Shown piece after piece: positions 19,617 through 27,311 of a stretch of DNA of 51,392 nt. The stretch is taken from IMG/VR virus record IMGVR_UViG_3300033153_003717, positions 1 to 51,392 of that record; one strand, given 5' to 3'. Source of the stretch: a virus. Lineage: Duplodnaviria; Caudoviricetes. The notes beneath the pieces are model-generated. The model had not been told where the DNA came from and searched no databases. It was given only the letters and a program-made list of their open reading frames with translations. Position 1 is the stretch's first letter, and each line of letters starts with the position of its first letter. A program made the translations under genes and the position numbers.

Positions 19617-19625
19617 TATAAATAT
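19617..19625 (-). promoter_or_regulatory. Candidate late promoter ATATTTATA
   Basis: Recurrent motif upstream of the 19599 start. Confidence 0.5.
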
Positions 19626-19640
19626 ATAAAAATTAAATTT

Positions 19641-19817
19641 TTAAATTATAAAATCCATTTTTTTAGATAGATCTTCAGCAGTAAATGATTGAATAGACCT
19701 TGATAGTTCTATTCCAGCAGCTATAACACTTTTCTTCCTTGCATCGCGACGACTCGCTCTTATCATAGCTTTAACTTCTGCTATTTCCTTTTTAGATAAA
19801 AGATTATTTTTTTTCAT
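19641..19817 (-). CDS. Small basic hypothetical protein (58 aa, start likely 19817)
   Basis: AGGAG upstream of MKKNNLL; the longer track ORF crosses a terminator. Confidence 0.5.
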   Translation of the reverse strand: MKKNNLLSKKEIAEVKAMIRASRRDARKKSVIAAGIELSRSIQSFTAEDLSKKMDFII

Positions 19818-19844
19818 CTCATAACTCCTTTTTTCTCTTAAACT

Positions 19845-19874
19845 AAAAAACGGGAGAAATGTTCCATTCTCCCG
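19845..19874 (-). terminator. Intrinsic terminator after tail tube gene
   Basis: CGGGAGAA...TTCTCCCG hairpin with a U6 tract on the minus strand. Confidence 0.7.
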
Positions 19875-19912
19875 TGTATAAATAAAAGTAATATGAATTA
19901 GCTGTATTAGAT

Positions 19913-20407
19913 TTAGAATTCTAAAACTGCCCAATCATAAGTTAATTCCATTTCAATGTTAATTGCTTCATCACTTGCCCAATCATAACTACCAAAATTG
20001 GCGCTTGTAATAAATGCTCCGTAAATTCTCCATTTTTCAATTAAATCACCTACAGGACCAATTCCATAAAGATCAATATCCTTTTTGTAAAAATCAACAT
20101 AGCCTGAACGACCAGTTAATGATTCATGATGTAATCGTTGCCATTCCATCACAGACTGAGCCGCGCTTGGAACGATTGGATCGTAAAGTGTAATTGAAAT
20201 AGGTTGCCATTCAGTTTTTCCAGCATACTTTCTTTTGATATTCATATAATCAATTGTAAGTCCATTTGTAGAAAATGATGGTTTAGCAGCCGTTTTGATT
20301 ACCCAAGCAGGAACACCATCAATATACATGATAAATCTATGCTGTTGTTTCGGTTGAAATCTCTCAACCATGAGTTCATTTGCTTCAAGAAGGCGTTCTG
20401 TAGCCAT
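19913..20407 (-). CDS. Tail tube protein (T4 gp19-like)
   Basis: PKQQHRF, AGKTEWQPISITLYDPI, YKKDI, EKW...GAFIT..FGSYDW, LTYDWA. Confidence 0.85.
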   Translation of the reverse strand: MATERLLEANELMVERFQPKQQHRFIMYIDGVPAWVIKTAAKPSFSTNGLTIDYMNIKRKYAGKTEWQPISITLYDPIVPSAAQSVMEWQRLHHESLTGRSGYVDFYKKDIDLYGIGPVGDLIEKWRIYGAFITSANFGSYDWASDEAINIEMELTYDWAVLEF

Positions 20408-20420
20408 TTATTTTCTCCCG

Positions 20421-20675
20421 TTATTCTAAAATTTTTTCTATTAATTCGGCTTTTGTGCCACTGGAATCAAGTTCAAGATTTTCGGCAAGATCAATTAATT
20501 TTGATTTCGACATACCTTTTAATTCAGATTCCATATTAACAACATTAACATCAGTTACAGTACCAGATTCAATTGTTTTAACTGGTGCTTCAACAATTAA
20601 TCCAAGTTTAGCAGCCTTACGGGCTTCTAACATTCGTTGTTTCTTTTCTTTCATTCGTTTAGCAGCATTTGCCAT
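20421..20675 (-). CDS. Small protein with C-terminal SAP/Rho-N-like helix-extension-helix
   Basis: LKGMSKSKLIDLAENLELDSSGTKAELIEKIL. Confidence 0.65.
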   Translation of the reverse strand: MANAAKRMKEKKQRMLEARKAAKLGLIVEAPVKTIESGTVTDVNVVNMESELKGMSKSKLIDLAENLELDSSGTKAELIEKILE

Positions 20676-20712
20676 TGCTATTCTCCTAAAGTTAATTGTA
20701 TCTAATTATACA

Positions 20713-20721
20713 TATAAATAT
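20713..20721 (-). promoter_or_regulatory. Candidate late promoter ATATTTATA
   Basis: Recurrent motif upstream of the 20675/tail tube unit. Confidence 0.55.
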
Positions 20722-20729
20722 AAAAATTT

Positions 20730-20885
20730 TTATTTTTCGTAAATATCTTTTAATTTCATCGTTTCGTCAGTCGCAGATTTCTTGATTGAACGCAATTCAT
20801 ATTTATCATTATCCCACCATTCAGGCAAAGGATATTCATCACAATTTTCCAAATCTTCAGAATTCATTTTATCTGTTTTTTCCAT
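20730..20885 (-). CDS. Small hypothetical protein (51 aa)
   Basis: Read by hand: AAGGAG SD; MEKTDKMNSEDLENCDEYPLPEWWDNDKYELRSIKKSATDETMKLKDIYEK. Confidence 0.55.
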   Translation of the reverse strand: MEKTDKMNSEDLENCDEYPLPEWWDNDKYELRSIKKSATDETMKLKDIYEK

Positions 20886-20897
20886 ATCTTATACTCC

Positions 20898-21959
20898 TTA
20901 TTTAATCAATGTGGGCTCTACCCCAATATCCTTTAACCATTGTTCTATGACCTTCGGGTGTACATAACTCGACTTAGCCATTGCCGGTGTGTTGTTTAAT
21001 CGTTGTGATACTTGCTCATATACTATCTTTAATTTATCCTTCACAGCCTTCTTTATCGCTGTTTGAGATTCTGGTAAAGGTGGAGGTGGAGTTTTATCAG
21101 TATCTAATATGTTCTTCGCCATCTTCGTTGCGGCAAACGTCCTCATATCCTTTATCTTCATCCCCTTTTTACTGATTTTCGTGAAGGTTGAACCTAATTG
21201 TCCAGTCGTTATATCAAATAAAAAGTTGTCAGATTTACGCTCGCTCATTCGTTTTGTTAAATATTCCGCTAATGCTTTATCTTTAATTACAGCATTATTG
21301 GGCTTATACGACTTCCCAACAAAATTAAGCGTTATCTTGTCTCCTTTAATCGTCACATTTTCAGGCCCAATTGTTGATACACCCCTATTCCCAGTATCAT
21401 CAAATCCTAAAGCACTGCCAGGACGCAATCCTGTTTGAGCAATTATGGAAATTATAGCACCAGCATCTCTTACTTTAGTATCTCTATTTCTCAATAATTT
21501 CGTAGCTTTATCATTAATTTTTTCAATGTGTTCGTCTTTGATTTTTTTGATCCGCGACCATTTTATCTTAGCATTCTTTTCCATAAATTTATTCGTGTAT
21601 GATGATACTGTTCTACCTGATTTCGGATCTTTCCATTGTAATACAGCATGCGTATGAATGTTACCTTCTATATTTACTTTCACACTCTTTTCATCTACTC
21701 CCTCAGGAGGAAATGCATTTAATTTTAATTTCCCATACTTCTTAATGAATGGATTCGTTATTACTTTTTTCTTCTTCGCTTTTTTCTTCTTTTTCTTCTT
21801 TGGTTTTATACCTGTTGGATTGGCCTCACCAGCCGTCGTATCTTTATCAGCTATTTTAACCCTCGTTGTATCCCTCATCTTATGAGCAGAAGCATAGCTA
21901 TCAAAATCAGCTTGATCAGTAAATTCTATTTCTTGTATAAGTTCTTTTAATCTAATCAT
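20898..21959 (-). CDS. DNA topoisomerase IB (bacterial/poxviral type) with N-terminal extension
   Basis: Catalytic pentad pattern: GLRPGS (R), FVGKS (K), KDMRT (R), LNNTPAMAKSSYVHP (N and Y). Confidence 0.88.
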   Translation of the reverse strand: MIRLKELIQEIEFTDQADFDSYASAHKMRDTTRVKIADKDTTAGEANPTGIKPKKKKKKKAKKKKVITNPFIKKYGKLKLNAFPPEGVDEKSVKVNIEGNIHTHAVLQWKDPKSGRTVSSYTNKFMEKNAKIKWSRIKKIKDEHIEKINDKATKLLRNRDTKVRDAGAIISIIAQTGLRPGSALGFDDTGNRGVSTIGPENVTIKGDKITLNFVGKSYKPNNAVIKDKALAEYLTKRMSERKSDNFLFDITTGQLGSTFTKISKKGMKIKDMRTFAATKMAKNILDTDKTPPPPLPESQTAIKKAVKDKLKIVYEQVSQRLNNTPAMAKSSYVHPKVIEQWLKDIGVEPTLIK

Positions 21960-21962
21960 TTC

Positions 21963-22829
21963 CTACTCCAACACTTCATATCCAATTAATTTTTCTATCA
22001 TTTTTCGCCAATAAACTAACTTCGATTCCCACGACTTAGGTAAATCAGATACTCCATCTGTTTTCATATAAGGAAATTTACCACGAGGCTTGCCTTCAGG
22101 TTTACTGTTATCATTCCTTGAACTTTCTATAAGTGTGCTAATTTTTATAACTCCATCACCTAATCCCTTTCGTAAGGCATGACGATAACTTAATGGTTTT
22201 TCTTTACCATATTTTTTAGAACCAATTCCAGATGGAACTTCTTTCTTTTTCTTTAATACTGGAGACAATGCATGAGCAGCACCAAGATCCTTTTTACTTC
22301 GTTTTTTACTCCCACCATAATTTTTTAATGGTACAAATTCAATATGCCATTTATCTTCTGATGAACTACGCTGTTCTCTACCTTTTTGTTTATAATCTTC
22401 AGGATTCCAATTTCTGGCTCCTTTATTTAATTTTCCTGTATCATCAAGAATCGTCTCCACTTTATAATCATTCCATATTTTAATAGACTGACCCCATTTA
22501 GTTTTAAGTTCTTTTTCAATGTCAGTAATAACCTTTTTCATTTTACTTTTTGGTGGATATACCCAAAATGAAATTATTTTTTTGTCAGCCCAAAATCGGC
22601 CGGGGTAAATAAAGTCACCACGATCAGTCCTTATCGGTAATTTTGGATCATGATAATTCATTGATAGTGAGCCATGAGTAATACCATCTTTTTCAGCCAC
22701 ATACATTTTTCCATCATAATATCCAAATGCCCGATTATCACCAACATTCCATAAAGTTTTTATAGGTTCGCCATTTTTTTGAGGAACATATATCCAATCA
22801 GGACTTTCATTCAATATATTTCGTTTCAT
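21963..22829 (-). CDS. Hypothetical protein (leader MKRNILNE)
   Basis: 288-aa ORF in a tightly packed operon. Confidence 0.65.
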   Translation of the reverse strand: MKRNILNESPDWIYVPQKNGEPIKTLWNVGDNRAFGYYDGKMYVAEKDGITHGSLSMNYHDPKLPIRTDRGDFIYPGRFWADKKIISFWVYPPKSKMKKVITDIEKELKTKWGQSIKIWNDYKVETILDDTGKLNKGARNWNPEDYKQKGREQRSSSEDKWHIEFVPLKNYGGSKKRSKKDLGAAHALSPVLKKKKEVPSGIGSKKYGKEKPLSYRHALRKGLGDGVIKISTLIESSRNDNSKPEGKPRGKFPYMKTDGVSDLPKSWESKLVYWRKMIEKLIGYEVLE

Positions 22830-22841
22830 TAATTTACCCTA

Positions 22842-23132
22842 TTATTTGAATTTTGTTTCTAAAGGCACCTTTGAACCTTCTTGGTAAGCACGCGCAACAC
22901 GAATAAAATGTGATAATAATTCTAACTGTCTGTCAGTCATTTTGCTATAATCACCCTTTTTCATTATATTAGCAAAATCTTTAACCTTGCCATCTACATT
23001 CTTTTTTAACTGAGAATATAACATACGACCCACTTGAGGAATAACTACCTCGTCGTCCTCTTGAACACCCTTCTTCTTTTCAAGATAAAGTTTCATTCCA
23101 CCATTACCAGCATATTCTAATAATTTAATCAT
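22842..23132 (-). CDS. Hypothetical protein (start likely 23132, leader MIKLLE)
   Basis: GGAG SD before ATG 23132; the longer track ORF crosses a terminator. Confidence 0.6.
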   Translation of the reverse strand: MIKLLEYAGNGGMKLYLEKKKGVQEDDEVVIPQVGRMLYSQLKKNVDGKVKDFANIMKKGDYSKMTDRQLELLSHFIRVARAYQEGSKVPLETKFK

Positions 23133-23160
23133 CCATATTTCTCCATTATAGTATTCTTTA

Positions 23161-23169
23161 TATAAATAT
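23161..23169 (-). promoter_or_regulatory. Candidate late promoter ATATTTATA
   Basis: Recurrent motif directly after a terminator, heading the operon that contains topoisomerase IB. Confidence 0.55.
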
Positions 23170-23178
23170 AATATAAAC

Positions 23179-23214
23179 AAAAAAACCCACCTCTTTATTA
23201 AAAAAAGGTGGGTT
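23179..23214 (-). terminator. Intrinsic terminator after thioredoxin
   Basis: AACCCACCT...AGGTGGGTT hairpin with U tract. Confidence 0.7.
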
Positions 23215-23239
23215 CTAATTAAAAAACTGAATATCAAAT

Positions 23240-23584
23240 TTATTTTAGAATATTCTCAATCATATCTTCAAATGATTCTTTAGGTAATGCTCCAGCAGCC
23301 ATTTGCGGTTTGCCTTCTTTGGGAATAAATAAAATTGAAGGAATGCTACGAATACCAAATGTAGCAGCTAATTCTTGTTCCTGTTCTGTATTTATCTTGT
23401 AAATGTCTATTTCAGGATGTTCGTCAGATAACTCCTCTAAAATTGGAGCTATTTGCTTACAAGGCATGCACCATTCTGCAAAAAAATCTATTATCGCTGG
23501 TTTGTCGCCTTCAAATTTCCAATCTTCATTCGCTTCAAAATCAAAAACCTTTTCCTTAAATGTTTCTTTCGTCAAATATTCCAC
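23240..23584 (-). CDS. trxA: Thioredoxin
   Basis: IIDFFAEWCMPCKQIAPILEEL...FGIRSIPS; AGGAGG SD; GTG start. Confidence 0.92.
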   Translation of the reverse strand: MEYLTKETFKEKVFDFEANEDWKFEGDKPAIIDFFAEWCMPCKQIAPILEELSDEHPEIDIYKINTEQEQELAATFGIRSIPSILFIPKEGKPQMAAGALPKESFEDMIENILK

Positions 23585-23796
23585 AATGTATCCTCCTTTT
23601 TGAGTTTATATATTAGATGTTAAAATCCTCAATTAGATACAAATTGTTAGATAAATTAACGCATTTTAACCCAATATCATAACTTACATAAAAACAATAT
23701 CTTATATAAGTTGATTTACTATACGCACCGTTGTATTTACTTACACATATTTCGTTACTCATATCCGTAAGTCGTTAAAAAACAACACCTAATTGT

Positions 23797-23812
23797 TGGT
23801 ACGATTATTGTT
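23797..23812 (+). promoter_or_regulatory. Sigma54-like -24/-12 promoter (TGGTACG-ATTA-TTGTT)
   Basis: Third copy of the motif, about 38 bp upstream of ATG 23849. Confidence 0.6.
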
Positions 23813-23848
23813 GTATTATACAACATAAACTAATATAAGGAGAATATA

Positions 23849-23941
23849 ATGGTAATAGCTATTTTATTGGGATTCGTCGCTATTTGTATAACAGTTGATT
23901 ATTTTGTAAGAAAAAAAAGGAAGGAAACTGCTAATGTATGA
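23849..23941 (+). CDS. Single-TM microprotein (30 aa, MVIAILLGFVAICITVDYFVRKKRKETANV)
   Basis: AAGGAG SD; hydrophobic helix followed by a basic tail; below the track size cut-off. Confidence 0.7.
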   Translation: MVIAILLGFVAICITVDYFVRKKRKETANV

Positions 23942-24065
23942 GGATTTATTCGCAACTAAAGGATTAGAATATTTATTTATTTTGTTTTTTCTCGCATCAT
24001 TTATTATATATAATAAATGGATTAACACAACACCCAAAAAGAAATTAAAAAAAGAAAAGGCTTGA
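23934..24065 (+). CDS. Single-TM microprotein (43 aa, MYEDLFATKGLEYLFILFFLASFIIYNKWINTTPKKKLKKEKA)
   Basis: Overlaps the previous stop (translational coupling); GGAAGG upstream; TM helix plus basic tail. Confidence 0.7.
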   Translation: MYEDLFATKGLEYLFILFFLASFIIYNKWINTTPKKKLKKEKA

Positions 24066-24066
24066 T

Positions 24067-24351
24067 TTAGAGTTTATCAACATCATTTTGCATTTTATCT
24101 CGAAATCGTTGAACTTCTACATCTGGCATTATCAAAGCATATGCACCAAACATTCCAAACATTACTCGACGCCAGTTTTTAATTTGTTCAGGACTTAATT
24201 TACCTTCAATTTTAGGCTTTTTATCAAAATCAGATAGTTTAAGTTTAGGTTCTTCTTCAATACAAATACAATCAATGTGACCACATTTATCACATATGGA
24301 TTTTTCTGTGATACCGTGTTCTCGCATTATGCTCTTTGTTTTTCTACTCAT
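24067..24351 (-). CDS. Hypothetical protein with CxxC-x4-CxC motif
   Basis: CDKCGHIDCIC; has its own sigma70-like promoter. Confidence 0.65.
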   Translation of the reverse strand: MSRKTKSIMREHGITEKSICDKCGHIDCICIEEEPKLKLSDFDKKPKIEGKLSPEQIKNWRRVMFGMFGAYALIMPDVEVQRFRDKMQNDVDKL

Positions 24352-24380
24352 AACTATTCCTTTTATTATTTTAATACAGT

Positions 24381-24409
24381 AATATACAAAAACTAATCAT
24401 CGTAGTCAA
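24381..24409 (-). promoter_or_regulatory. Sigma70-type early promoter
   Basis: TTGACT-17 bp-TATATT, preceded by AATAAAT as at 625-653. Confidence 0.7.
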
Positions 24410-24428
24410 ATTTATTTTAACATAAAAT

Positions 24429-24458
24429 AAAAAACCCGACCTATAAAGATCGGGTTTT
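24429..24458 (-). terminator. Intrinsic terminator after sheath gene
   Basis: AAAACCCGA...TCGGGTTTT hairpin. Confidence 0.7.
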
Positions 24459-24489
24459 AATGTATCTAACCTATTGTTTATTATGAATT

Positions 24490-26814
24490 TTACTCAGGGA
24501 ATATAGCACCCGTAGGGAGTATATTGAAGTCCAAAAGTATGAATTCAGCCGTTTTAGTAGGCTGTAAATAAATTTGTCCATACAGTTGATTTCTATCAAT
24601 CACATCAGGAGTATTATTTGTATCATCCATAATCACCTTGAAAGCATACAGTCCAGCGCGATTTTGAACACTATCCAAATAAGGACTAACGATATTCATA
24701 AAGCGATTTCGTGTAGCAGTCGTATTTTGTTCAAAAACTAAATACCTTGTTGAAGAAGCAATATACTTTTTCAATGAAATAAGTAATCTGCGAACATTTA
24801 CACGGTCAAGAGCAGAAGGTTTAGCTTGAAGGGTTTTTTGACCCCAAGCAACCACACCTTGTCCTGGGAATGAAGCGATTGGATTAACCCGAGAATTGTA
24901 AAGTGTATCTCGTTCCGTATGAGTCAATCGCGTATAAGCTTCAACAGCTTCCGTAATACCACCACGATTCAATCCAGCAGGAGCAAACCATTCTTGAGCC
25001 ACCTTATCATTAAAGGCAAAAACACCGCCCATAACAACAGAAGGAGGAGCCCATTGAGGTCTATTCGTATTAGGATCGATTATTTTAATCCACGGAAAGT
25101 ATGTAGCAGCATAATTTGTATCCATTGAGGTTACTTCAGTTACTGCATTAGTAATACTATCAGTCAATCCCGTTGTATCCATGATATAAAAACAATCACC
25201 GCGTTCTTCGCAAAGATTAATTGCGTAGTTTGAAACATACGAATGATATTTTTTAAGGATGCCAGGAAGAATAATCATATTAATATCTACTTCGTCTGGA
25301 TTAGCAAGAGCATCAATAGCTTTCTTATACGAAAGTGAACCAGCAGAACTAGCAACAGTACAATTAAATCTCTGAGTATTCGCTGCGGTAATATCTCCAC
25401 CTTTATTGATTTCTGTTCGAGGATCAATACCATCACTACCACCTTGAAATCCAAAAATGAATTTACGAATAGCAGTATCTGTGCTCCAAGTTGTTCCAGT
25501 AGCACCATATGTAATAACAGCAGTATAATTACTAAGGTTAAATCGAACATTACTTCCCACGCTTGTCGTATATCCTTGTGTTATTCCTTGTTCTCCACCT
25601 ATTTCATTTAAGAAAGTTTTGTTATCAGCATTATCAAAATCAACACCTCTATAAGCACGAGTATTTGTTTCGCCATTAATTACTTGAGTTGTATCAAAAC
25701 TCATACTTGTAAAATTAGCAGTATCAACATTAATTGGAACTTGATAGGCACCAAATCCCATAGGTACAGCACCTTTAGCAGATGAAGTAACACTCATTTC
25801 AATACGAATATATGATGATTGATTTGTCCAATCACCTTCATACACAAGTTTAGATTCACCACCAATAGAACGATAATAAGAACGCCTATCACCGACAGAT
25901 CTTGGTAAGTAATTCACACTATTAGGATCAAGAGTAACATTATTAAAAGTTTCTAAAACATTAGGTCTGGAATCAGTATCACTAAATGCGCGAACAACAA
26001 TACTAAATTGACCATAATCAGAATTAGATACTTCATCAGCAGGTTTTATATCAAAAATACCCACCTTAATCTTTTGATTTGAAGCCACACCATCAGCAAG
26101 AGTATGAAACTTAAACAACGGTGAATATGTTGCATCATCACTAGCACTTGTAGCAGCCATATTTTGTGATTCAATCCACGGTGTTGAAGCATAAGAATAT
26201 CCAACAGCACTCATTGATGTCGCACCAGTAGCAGACCACGTTGTTCCCATATCAATAGATGCAGTTGATGTATTAGCAACACTTGCACTGTGAAAAGTAG
26301 GATAATTATATACTACTTCAACAGGAACAGTTCCCGTTAAAACATTAGTAATATAATTTTCTTTTCGTGTATCAAATGAACATGAATAATCTGTTCCATC
26401 TACGGTTACACATAATGCTCCCAATGTTCCGCTTGCTGAGATAGAAGTTACACTATCATCATCACTGTCAGATACCCCAATAACAGCAAGAATCCTGTCA
26501 GGATATGTGACATCACCACTATCAATGGAAATTGTACAAAAGCGTCTTGCATAAGACGTTGTACCGAGTACTCTAACAACAGTTACAACACCCGCACTTT
26601 TTAAATAATTTTGAACTGTATACGGTGTATAATAAGTTCCGTTCCCGAATTTCGTGTTAAACTCATTTTGAGAAGTTATTTGAACTGGAATAAAAGCAGG
26701 GCCTTCTTCAGTCGGCCCGACAATAGCAGCTCCTATTGCTGAAACACCTTCAGCAAGAAAACTTAAATCTTTCTCTTGAGTAAAAACTCCGGGAGAAACA
26801 ATTTTTTCAGCCAT
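24490..26814 (-). CDS. Tail sheath protein (T4 gp18-like)
   Basis: SPGVFTQEKDLS, WFAPAGLNRG, GQKTLQ...DRVNVRRL, FEQN, DDTNNTPDVIDRN, PTKTAEFI. Confidence 0.95.
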   Translation of the reverse strand: MAEKIVSPGVFTQEKDLSFLAEGVSAIGAAIVGPTEEGPAFIPVQITSQNEFNTKFGNGTYYTPYTVQNYLKSAGVVTVVRVLGTTSYARRFCTISIDSGDVTYPDRILAVIGVSDSDDDSVTSISASGTLGALCVTVDGTDYSCSFDTRKENYITNVLTGTVPVEVVYNYPTFHSASVANTSTASIDMGTTWSATGATSMSAVGYSYASTPWIESQNMAATSASDDATYSPLFKFHTLADGVASNQKIKVGIFDIKPADEVSNSDYGQFSIVVRAFSDTDSRPNVLETFNNVTLDPNSVNYLPRSVGDRRSYYRSIGGESKLVYEGDWTNQSSYIRIEMSVTSSAKGAVPMGFGAYQVPINVDTANFTSMSFDTTQVINGETNTRAYRGVDFDNADNKTFLNEIGGEQGITQGYTTSVGSNVRFNLSNYTAVITYGATGTTWSTDTAIRKFIFGFQGGSDGIDPRTEINKGGDITAANTQRFNCTVASSAGSLSYKKAIDALANPDEVDINMIILPGILKKYHSYVSNYAINLCEERGDCFYIMDTTGLTDSITNAVTEVTSMDTNYAATYFPWIKIIDPNTNRPQWAPPSVVMGGVFAFNDKVAQEWFAPAGLNRGGITEAVEAYTRLTHTERDTLYNSRVNPIASFPGQGVVAWGQKTLQAKPSALDRVNVRRLLISLKKYIASSTRYLVFEQNTTATRNRFMNIVSPYLDSVQNRAGLYAFKVIMDDTNNTPDVIDRNQLYGQIYLQPTKTAEFILLDFNILPTGAIFPE

Positions 26815-26869
26815 AAAATTTCTCCTTTAATTGTTAAATTTCTGAATTTGAAATAAAAAAAATTACATA

Positions 26870-26878
26870 TATAAATAT
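26870..26878 (-). promoter_or_regulatory. Candidate late promoter ATATTTATA
   Basis: Upstream of the sheath gene. Confidence 0.6.
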
Positions 26879-26911
26879 AAAGTTATTTACCAAAACAACA
26901 TTATTTATATA

Positions 26912-27226
26912 TTATTTTTCAAGTGTAGGAAGTTCAGGTTGTCCAGCGAGAGGCGTAAACATACCAGTTTCAATATTTAAATTACCAGCACCATATTTTT
27001 TATTCAATACATTCATCTTTTCTTGTTCATTTTTCTTAATTTCATCATACTTGGCATATAATTGTCCTTTTACACCTTCTACATCTTTTATCGCACGATT
27101 CAAATCAAAAATTTGTAGATCTGATTGTCCAATTTGCAACATAATTTGTTGGAATTCATTTCGCAATCCTTGAATTTGTTTAACTTCGTCGTCAGTAACT
27201 TTAACTTCATTTAAATCTTTGTTCAT
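26912..27226 (-). CDS. Small coiled-coil protein
   Basis: Heptad pattern ending in KKYGAGNLNIETG; AGGAG SD. Confidence 0.7.
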   Translation of the reverse strand: MNKDLNEVKVTDDEVKQIQGLRNEFQQIMLQIGQSDLQIFDLNRAIKDVEGVKGQLYAKYDEIKKNEQEKMNVLNKKYGAGNLNIETGMFTPLAGQPELPTLEK

Positions 27227-27268
27227 AATAATCTCCTTTGTTCTTTGTTAGTTGTTATGATTTATATA

Positions 27269-27277
27269 TATAAATAT
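27269..27277 (-). promoter_or_regulatory. Candidate late promoter ATATTTATA
   Basis: Recurrent motif upstream of 27226. Confidence 0.55.
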
Positions 27278-27311
27278 ATAGAAAAAAATAAAACGTAATT
27301 ATTCCGACTTC

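Noticed and set aside
19877-19884. Extra TATAAATA copy as a late promoter
   Set aside because: It lies immediately upstream of a terminator hairpin and lacks the flanking conserved base.
20898-21959. Tyrosine integrase call
   Set aside because: The motifs KDMRT and NTPAMAKSSYVHP fit topoisomerase IB rather than the HxxR of recombinases.
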